From a bacterium (GTDB lineage Bacteria > Myxococcota_A > Bradymonadia > UBA7976 > UBA1532), in the NCBI GenBank assembly GCA_030426085.1, contig JAUHYW010000003.1, positions 119,343 to 183,342 on the forward strand: a stretch of 64,000 bases of DNA. The letters are read 5' to 3'. Below are positions 57,455 to 64,000 of the stretch, piece after piece. Positions within the stretch are counted from its first letter, which is position 1, and every line of letters begins with the position of its first letter. A model generated the notes under the pieces. That model had not been told where the DNA came from, made no database searches, and was given only the letters and a program-made list of their open reading frames with translations. The position numbers and the translations under genes are program-made.

Positions 57455-58528
57455 TCACGCGGCGGGCGGCGGCGCGTGCACGAACCGCACGAGCGCATCA
57501 CCCACCGCCCGGGTGCCCAGTTCACCACCCAGGTCGCGGGTCACCCGGTGCTCGCGCAGGGCCTGGACCACCGCCGCCTCGACCGCCATCGCCGCCTCGC
57601 CGTGCCCCAGGAACTCCAGCATCTGGGCCCCGGTGAGCACCATCGCCAGCGGGTTGGCGATGTCCTTGCCGGCCAGCGGCGGCGCGCTGCCGTGCACCGG
57701 CTCGAACAGGCTGACCCGCCCGGGGTGGATGTTGCCGCTCGGGGCCAGCCCCAGCCCGCCGACGAGCTGGGCCGACAGGTCGCTGAGCACGTCGCCGAGC
57801 AGGTTGCCGGTGACGATGACGTCGAAGTCCTCCGGGGCCCGCACCAGCTCCATCGCCAGCACGTCGGCGTAGAGGTGGCGGGCGGCGATGTCGGGGTACT
57901 CTTCGGCCACCTCGACGAAGACGTCCTGCCACAGCCCGTGGGCGTCGCGCAGCACGTTGGCCTTGTCGGCCATGCACACCCGCTTGCGCTCGTTCTCCAC
58001 CGCCCACTCGAACGCCGCCCGCACGATGCGCTCGACGCCCTTGCGGGTCTGCACCATCTCGTTGATCGCGATCTCGTCCGGCGTGCCCTGCTTGAAGCGG
58101 CCGCCGATGCCCACATACAGGCCCTCGGTGTTCTCCCGCAGGATCACGAAGTCGAGGTCGTCGGGGGTCTTGTTCTTGAGCGGGGTCAGCGCCGGGTGCA
58201 GCAGCCGGGCCGGGCGCAGGTTGACGTAGAGGTCGAGGCGGAAGCGCAGCCCGAGCAGGATGTCCTTGGCGTGGGCCATGTCGGGCACCCGGGGGTCGCC
58301 GAGCGCGCCGAGGTAGATCGCGTCGTAGTTGTCGCGGAAGTCCTCGAAGGCCGACTGGGGCAGGGTCACCCCCTCGGCGAGGTACTTCTCGGCGCCGAAG
58401 TCGAACCAGGTGAACTCCAGCGGCAGGTCGTGCAGCTCGGCGACGGCCTCGAGCACCTGCACCCCGACGGCGGCCACCTCGGGGCCGATGCCGTCTCCGG
58501 GGATGACCGCGATCTTCTGGACGCTCAT
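57455..58528 (-). CDS. isocitrate/3-isopropylmalate dehydrogenase family protein (tartrate/IPM dehydrogenase-like)
   Basis: IAVIPGDGIGPEV N-terminus. LRENTEGLY. GNLLGDVLSDL. Overlaps the upstream kinase gene stop by 4 nt (ATGA). Confidence 0.85.
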   Translation of the reverse strand: MSVQKIAVIPGDGIGPEVAAVGVQVLEAVAELHDLPLEFTWFDFGAEKYLAEGVTLPQSAFEDFRDNYDAIYLGALGDPRVPDMAHAKDILLGLRFRLDLYVNLRPARLLHPALTPLKNKTPDDLDFVILRENTEGLYVGIGGRFKQGTPDEIAINEMVQTRKGVERIVRAAFEWAVENERKRVCMADKANVLRDAHGLWQDVFVEVAEEYPDIAARHLYADVLAMELVRAPEDFDVIVTGNLLGDVLSDLSAQLVGGLGLAPSGNIHPGRVSLFEPVHGSAPPLAGKDIANPLAMVLTGAQMLEFLGHGEAAMAVEAAVVQALREHRVTRDLGGELGTRAVGDALVRFVHAPPPAA

Positions 58529-60276
58529 CGTGCCTCCTCTACGGGGGGTCCCGTCTCGTCCGGCCCGCGCTTGAGCGCGCCGGCGTACTTCAACATCAGC
58601 CGCAGCGCGGCCCGCTCGAAGGCCCGAGCGGACGCCCGCAGGCCGTCGGCGGCCACCGCCGCCTGCTGCTCGTAGCGCACCCCGTCCTCCTGCTCTTCGA
58701 GCTCGAGCTCGGCGAGGTCGCGCTGCAAGTCGGCCCGCTGACCCCGAGCCTCGGCCAGCCGCTCGGCCGCCTCCCGCTCGTCCTCCCGGGCGTCGGCCAG
58801 GGATTCGAGCAGGCCCTCGCGCTCTTCGAGCACCGCGTCGACCCGCCGCCGGTGGTGCTCGAGCATCGGCAGCGAGGTGTCGGCCACCGTGCGCCCGGCG
58901 ACCATGCGCAGCGCCGCGAGCACCCGGCCGTACTTGTCGTCGGCCCGGGCCACCGCCGAGACCGCCCGGTCGAGCGCGCCCGCCGCCTCGCTGGCCCGGC
59001 CCTCGGCCAGCATCAGCCCCTGCCGCAGCCGGCGCAGCTTGCGCTGGAGCGCCTCCCGCCCCGCGATGCGGATGCGGGCCGCGTCGTCGGCCTCCTCCCG
59101 CTTGCGGTCGGCCTCGCCCTGGGCCAGATCGAGCGCCTTGCGGGCCCGCTTGAGCAGCCCCCCGGCCCGCAGGACCTCGGGCGGCGGCGAGGGCTGCCAG
59201 ATGTTGGCCACCAGGTGCTCGAGGTTCTCGGCGAACAGCCGCCAGTCGCCGGTGTGGCCCGGGCCGGGCACCTCGGGCAGCGGCGCCTGACGGGCGGTGG
59301 CCCCCTGGGCGAAGCTGCCCGCCAGCTCGCGGATGGAGCGGTCGAGCGCGGCGATGACCGCCTCGGCGCTGCCCGGCCGGTCGTCGGGGCGCTTCTCGAG
59401 GCAGTTGTGGATCAGGGCCACCAGGGTGCGGGGCAGGCCGGGCACCAGCCCGTCGATGCGGGGCGGGACCTCTTGCACATGGGCCGCCACCACCCGGGTC
59501 GGGTCGTCGTGGGGGAACGGCGGGCGCCCCGCGATCAGATGGTAGAGCACCCCGCCGACGGCGTAGAGGTCGGTGCGGGCGTCGGGCGGCTCGCCGACCG
59601 CCTGCTCGGGGGCCAGATACAGCGGGGTGCCCATGATGAACAGCCCGGTCGGCTCATGGGCCCGCTCGGGGTCGTCGGCCGGCAGCGCCAGGATGCCCAG
59701 GTCGATGAGCTTGACGTGGTCGACGAAGCGCCCGTCGGCCGTCAGGAAGATGTTCTCCGGCTTGACGTCGCGGTGCACCGCGCCCCGCCGGTGCAGCACC
59801 GCGAGCGCCTCGCACACCTGGCGCATGATGTGGATCGCGCGCACCGGCGGCAGCCGCAGGCGCTCCTCGAGCTCGTCGAAGAGGTCGCGGCCCCGGAGCA
59901 GCTCCATGGCGAGCCACGCCCGCCCGTCGGAGAAGTGGCCCCCGTCGAGGATGCTGACCAGGTGCGGGTGGCGCAGGCCGCGACCCACGTTCCACTCGGT
60001 CTCCATGCGGGCGACCACCGCCGGGGCCTCGGGGATGTCGTCCCGGCTGACCTTCACCGCCAGCCGCCGGTTCGAGGCGTTGTGCCGCACCTCGAACACC
60101 TCGGCGGTGCTGCCGTCGGCCAGCCGCCGGAGCAGCGTGTAGCCGAAGCGCAACAGCTCGATGGGGATGTCGGCCCGGGGCTGGCCCGGCTGGGGCAGGT
60201 CGCTCAACGTTCCTCGGGGCGGTCGGTTCGCGCCGCGCGCGCGGGCGATCAACGGGTGATCGTTAGCACATCGCAC
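58525..60276 (-). CDS. Ser/Thr protein kinase with long C-terminal coiled-coil
   Basis: Kinase motifs (AVKV, HRDVKPENIFL, DLGIL, GTPLYLAPE) then about 250 aa of Arg/Glu-rich coiled coil. Track start is GTG at 60276. An ATG three codons downstream (60269-60271) is an alternative; the exact start is unresolved. Confidence 0.8.
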   Translation of the reverse strand: MRCANDHPLIARARGANRPPRGTLSDLPQPGQPRADIPIELLRFGYTLLRRLADGSTAEVFEVRHNASNRRLAVKVSRDDIPEAPAVVARMETEWNVGRGLRHPHLVSILDGGHFSDGRAWLAMELLRGRDLFDELEERLRLPPVRAIHIMRQVCEALAVLHRRGAVHRDVKPENIFLTADGRFVDHVKLIDLGILALPADDPERAHEPTGLFIMGTPLYLAPEQAVGEPPDARTDLYAVGGVLYHLIAGRPPFPHDDPTRVVAAHVQEVPPRIDGLVPGLPRTLVALIHNCLEKRPDDRPGSAEAVIAALDRSIRELAGSFAQGATARQAPLPEVPGPGHTGDWRLFAENLEHLVANIWQPSPPPEVLRAGGLLKRARKALDLAQGEADRKREEADDAARIRIAGREALQRKLRRLRQGLMLAEGRASEAAGALDRAVSAVARADDKYGRVLAALRMVAGRTVADTSLPMLEHHRRRVDAVLEEREGLLESLADAREDEREAAERLAEARGQRADLQRDLAELELEEQEDGVRYEQQAAVAADGLRASARAFERAALRLMLKYAGALKRGPDETGPPVEEAR

Positions 60277-60356
60277 CGTCGACGGCGATCTTCGCCGCCG
60301 ACCGGCGGGTCTCGGGTATCCTGCCCGCCGACCGCACCCGATACGAGGAGAATCCG

Positions 60357-62744
60357 ATGCCCCGGATCCGATGGCGGCCGCTGGTGTGGATCGCCGCAGC
60401 CCTGGTCTGCGCCGCCTGTGACGACGACGAGCCGGCCGCCCCGACCGACATGTCGCTGCCCGACGCCGCGCCCGACGCCGCGCTCGACGCCACCCCCGAC
60501 CCGGTCGACATGCTGCCCCCCGACGCGGCGCCCACGGGCACCCTCAGCGCCGCCGAGGCCCGGGTCGAGTTCGGCCTCGTCGCGGTCGGCGGCTCGGGCA
60601 CCGCCGATCTGCTGCTGCGCAACGCCGGCCCCGGCCCGGTGACCGTCACCGCGTTCGAGGGCCTCGATCCGCCGTTCTCCACCAACCGCTCGCTGCCGCT
60701 GACCGTGCCCCCCGAGGCCGAGCGCACGGTCGTGCTGACCTTCGCCCCCGAGGCGGTCGGCCCGGCCGAGGCGACGATCACCGTGGCCGCCGACGGCGCG
60801 GGCCCCCCGGTCGAGGTGACCCTGGCCGGCGAGGCGGCGCTGCCCGAGGGCGAGCTGGTCGGCGACGGCCTCGACTTCGGCACCGTCGCCCCCGGCGAGC
60901 CGGCGGCCGACTTCATCGAGATCCGCAACACCAGCCCCGCGCTGCCGCTCGACGTCTACGACGTGGTCGGGGTCGAGCCCCCGTTCGCGATCCCCCAGGG
61001 GCAGGTGCCGGTGACCGCCGACGCCGGCCAGAGCGCCCGGGTGCTGGTGCAGTTCGAGCCCGAGGGCGACGGCGAGTGGTCGATCCCGGTGACCGTGCGC
61101 ACCGCCGCGGGGGACTTCGAAGCCACCCTCAGCGGGCGGGCGCTGACCCCCGGCGAGCTGGTGCTGACCGGGGTCGAGCCCGGCTGGGCCCCGGTGGACG
61201 AGCCGCGGCGGATCGTGGTGCACGGGGGGCCCTTCGCCGCGGCCCCCGAGGGCATCGAGATCGGGGGCGTGGCCCTCGACGAGCTGGAGCGGCTGGACGA
61301 ATGGCGGCTGGCGGGCACCCTGCCGGCCGCGGGCGAGGGTCAGGATCCGACGCTGGGCCCGGTGGACGTGCGGGTCGACCTCGGCGGCGGGTTCGGGGTG
61401 CTCTCGGGGGCCCTCGTCCGGACCCCGCCGGTCGCCGACGGCATGATGCTCGACCTCGCCGACGAGGCGCCCACCGCCGATCCGGCGGGCAACCCGTGGA
61501 CGGTGCTGGGCGATACGCTGCCCGCCGCGTCGACGCTGACGGTGATGCCCGGCGCGGTGCTGCTCTTCGGGGGCGGGGCGCTGACGGTCGAGGGCGCGGT
61601 TCAGGCCGGCGGGCCCGAGGGGCCGGCGGTCTTCTCGGCGGCCGCGTGCGGCGGCTGGCGCGGGCTGGACATCGTCGAGGGCGAGGCGGCGGTGAACCTG
61701 AACCGGGTCCAGATCGAGTGCGCTGCGCCCGACGGGCCCACGGTGCGCATCGCCGGCCGCTCGCCGGGGCTGTCCGAGGTCGCGATCCGGGCCGCGGGCG
61801 GCGGCTGCGTCGACGTGCAGAGCGGCGCGCTGACCCTGGTGACCGCCGAGCTGACCGGCTGCGGCGGGCCGGGCATCGCCCTGGGGCCCGAGGCGGCGGT
61901 GGGCCGGTTGCAGGCCAGCCGCATCCGGGGCGCCGACTGGCCGGTGACCGGCTTCGCCCACACCTTCGGCCGGCTGCCGCTCGGCGCGGGGCACGACTGG
62001 GTGGGCAATACCCACGACGCCATCGGCCTGGGGCCGGGCTTCCTGGGCGACGTGACCCTGGCCAGCCAGCCGCTCGGGGTGCGCTATCGCATCCGGGACG
62101 TGCTGCGGGTCGCCCGGGGCGCCAGCCTGCGCATCAACACCGGCGCGCCGCTGGTCATCGACAACCCGATCGAGGTCGAGGGGTCGCTGACCCTGCCGGG
62201 CCGGACCCGCTTCCAGGCCGAGGCCGCCGGCGGGATCACGGTCCTGGCGGGGGGCACGCTGACCGCCCAGGGCATGGCCGGTGATCCGACGGTGATCGAG
62301 GCCCGCGCGCCGGAGGGCGACCCCGCGCCCGGCGGCTGGGGCGGGGTCGTGATCGAGGCCCCGTCGACCCTCGCCGGGGGCTACCTGACCCTGCGCGACG
62401 GCGGCGCCGACGGCCCCGCGCTGCGCCTCGGCGGGCTGGCGATGCCCTTCGCCGGGCTGACGGTGACCGACAGCGCCGACGTGGGCCTGCGGATCGAGGC
62501 CGACGCCGAGCTGGCCGGGGCGCTGTTCGCCGACAACCCGGGGGGCGTCGTCATCGCCGCCGGCGCCGGCTCGATCACCGGCGAGACGGCCGATCCGGCG
62601 CCGGCGGTGCGCATCGCCGAGGGGGTCGACTGCGGCGGGTGGGACACCGCCGAGCTGCTCGACGGGGCTGGCCTGCCGGCGGCGGTCGAGTGCGGCGGCG
62701 GAGAGGGAGAAGGCGAGGGCGAGGGCGAGCCGCCGATGCCCTGA
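60357..62744 (+). CDS. large secreted/lipoprotein with repeated Ig-like beta-sandwich modules and a probable beta-helix region
   Basis: AGGAG RBS. Signal peptide with Cys-containing cleavage region (LVCAAC|DDDE). Repeated ~100-aa modules (LLLRNAGPGPVTVTAFEG...VVLTFAP ; FIEIRNTSPALPLDVYDV...VLVQFEP). C-terminal GEGEGEGEGE tail. Confidence 0.65.
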   Translation: MPRIRWRPLVWIAAALVCAACDDDEPAAPTDMSLPDAAPDAALDATPDPVDMLPPDAAPTGTLSAAEARVEFGLVAVGGSGTADLLLRNAGPGPVTVTAFEGLDPPFSTNRSLPLTVPPEAERTVVLTFAPEAVGPAEATITVAADGAGPPVEVTLAGEAALPEGELVGDGLDFGTVAPGEPAADFIEIRNTSPALPLDVYDVVGVEPPFAIPQGQVPVTADAGQSARVLVQFEPEGDGEWSIPVTVRTAAGDFEATLSGRALTPGELVLTGVEPGWAPVDEPRRIVVHGGPFAAAPEGIEIGGVALDELERLDEWRLAGTLPAAGEGQDPTLGPVDVRVDLGGGFGVLSGALVRTPPVADGMMLDLADEAPTADPAGNPWTVLGDTLPAASTLTVMPGAVLLFGGGALTVEGAVQAGGPEGPAVFSAAACGGWRGLDIVEGEAAVNLNRVQIECAAPDGPTVRIAGRSPGLSEVAIRAAGGGCVDVQSGALTLVTAELTGCGGPGIALGPEAAVGRLQASRIRGADWPVTGFAHTFGRLPLGAGHDWVGNTHDAIGLGPGFLGDVTLASQPLGVRYRIRDVLRVARGASLRINTGAPLVIDNPIEVEGSLTLPGRTRFQAEAAGGITVLAGGTLTAQGMAGDPTVIEARAPEGDPAPGGWGGVVIEAPSTLAGGYLTLRDGGADGPALRLGGLAMPFAGLTVTDSADVGLRIEADAELAGALFADNPGGVVIAAGAGSITGETADPAPAVRIAEGVDCGGWDTAELLDGAGLPAAVECGGGEGEGEGEGEPPMP

Positions 62745-62763
62745 CGAGCGGCGGCCCTGACGG

Positions 62764-64000
62764 TCAGCCGCCCGGCGCGGCGGCCTTCACCGGCCCCGCC
62801 GAGCGCCCGAAGACCAGCATCACCCCCACCATCGTCACCAGCCCCAGGCCGTAGGCGGCCCACAGCGGCAGCCCGCCCGAGACCCCCACGTAGCCCCACA
62901 GCCCGGCGGCGCCCATCGCCAGCGTGGCGTACGGGATCTGAGTCCGGACGTGCGCCAGGTGGGGGCAGCCCGAGGCCGTCGACGAGAGCACCGTGGTGTC
63001 CGAGATCGGCGAGCAGTGGTCGCCCCAGATGGCCCCGTCGAGCACCGCGCCCAGGCTGGCGAGCACGATCAGCGGGTCGCCGGAGAGCGTCGCCGAGAGC
63101 GGCGCGGCGATGGGCAGCACCAGCGCCATCGTGCCCCACGAGGTGCCGGTGCTGAACGCGATCGCCCCCGACAGCACGAAGACGGTCAGCGGGATCCACA
63201 GCGGCGGCAGCCCGTCGCCGATGAGCGCGATGATCGCCAGCCCGGTGCCCAGGTCGTCGCACACCGCCTTGATGCCCCACGCCGCGATGAGAACCGCCGC
63301 CGCCTCGGCCAGCGTGCGCATGCCGTCGCCGTAGGCCCCGACCGCCTCCCGCAGCCCGAGCAGCCGCTGGGCGACCGCCATCCCGATCGCCAGCACCGAG
63401 CCGCCCAGCGCGGTCACCAGCAGGATGAGCGCGATGTCGCCCCCGGCGTTGTCGAAGACCTGCTTCCAGTCGGTCAGCGACAGCGGTGAGAACCGCGCCA
63501 TCGGGGCGGTGCCCGCGATCAGCAGCCAGGCCAGCGTCGCCCCCAGGACCGCCCCGATGGGCACGATCGCGTTGATCGCCCGGGGGGTGACCCCCGGCTT
63601 CTCGATCGAGGTCGGCTCGCCCTCCACCGCGCCCGCCGGCGAGAGCGGCCCCCCGGCGCGGGCCCGCCGCTCGGCGGCCAGCATCGGCCCCAGGTCGCGG
63701 CCGGTGATCGCGCCGATGAAGACCAGGGCCAGGGCGAAGAGACAGTAGAAGCGCAGGGGCAGCACGCTGAAGAACAGCTCGTAGCCGCTGCCCGGCATGC
63801 CGGGCACCGCCGACAGCGTGCCCAGCAGGTCGTCGAAGAGGCCCACCTCGTAGCCGATCCAGGTCGAGACGATGGCGATGCCGGCCACCGGGGCGCTCGT
63901 CGAGTCGACGATGTAGGCCAGCTTCTCCCGGCTGAGGCGGTGCTCGTCGGTCAGCGAGCGGGCGGTGGTCCCGATCACGACCGTGTTGGCGTAGTCGTCG
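62764..64000 (-). CDS. Na+/H+ antiporter NhaC-family membrane transporter, partial (N-terminus beyond the window)
   Basis: Polytopic membrane protein with NhaC-like segments (AYIVDSTSAPVAGIAIVSTWIGYEV ; GDHCSPISDTTVLSS). Family members are about 470 aa, so the true start probably lies past position 64000. Confidence 0.7.
   Translation of the reverse strand, partial: DDYANTVVIGTTARSLTDEHRLSREKLAYIVDSTSAPVAGIAIVSTWIGYEVGLFDDLLGTLSAVPGMPGSGYELFFSVLPLRFYCLFALALVFIGAITGRDLGPMLAAERRARAGGPLSPAGAVEGEPTSIEKPGVTPRAINAIVPIGAVLGATLAWLLIAGTAPMARFSPLSLTDWKQVFDNAGGDIALILLVTALGGSVLAIGMAVAQRLLGLREAVGAYGDGMRTLAEAAAVLIAAWGIKAVCDDLGTGLAIIALIGDGLPPLWIPLTVFVLSGAIAFSTGTSWGTMALVLPIAAPLSATLSGDPLIVLASLGAVLDGAIWGDHCSPISDTTVLSSTASGCPHLAHVRTQIPYATLAMGAAGLWGYVGVSGGLPLWAAYGLGLVTMVGVMLVFGRSAGPVKAAAPGG

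Noticed and set aside
56286-60642. Plus-strand ORFs 56286..57419, 57476..58675, 58852..60642 and minus ORF 60249..62015
   Set aside because: Antisense to the thiolase, dehydrogenase and kinase genes or out of frame with the 60357 lipoprotein gene. No motifs.

Overview
High-GC (~70%) chromosomal segment whose gene content and protein architectures point to a myxobacterium (Myxococcota). Evidence: many eukaryotic-like Ser/Thr kinases, FHA and DUF4388-like proteins, Cys-rich lipoproteins with CxxDxDC-type repeats resembling the Myxococcus cysteine-rich repeat, a ssrA tag ending ALAA. Recognisable housekeeping genes: glyQS, the dnaG-rpoD operon, holB, metG, dps, guanine deaminase, tatA, lnt. A compact stable-RNA cluster holds tRNA(CAT), rnpB, smpB and ssrA. 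Accessory genes include five Ser/Thr kinases with unusual fusions (SBP5 sensor domain; zinc ribbon; T2SS-E N-terminal-like domain plus FGE-sulfatase; coiled-coil kinase coupled to a metabolic operon), OMP/lipoprotein operons, an ABC exporter, a SET-domain protein next to ssrA, and an exosortase locus. The most system-like region is 44245-49291: a giant DUF4388/J-like/TPR/polytopic-membrane protein, two receiver proteins, a mini SEP-TM-RK protein and an exosortase, partly translationally coupled. No CRISPR array, transposase or integrase was seen. Many long ORFs in the six-frame track are antisense or out-of-frame GC artefacts and were rejected. Coordinates were partly derived by hand and may be off by a few nt; start codons are marked uncertain where relevant.
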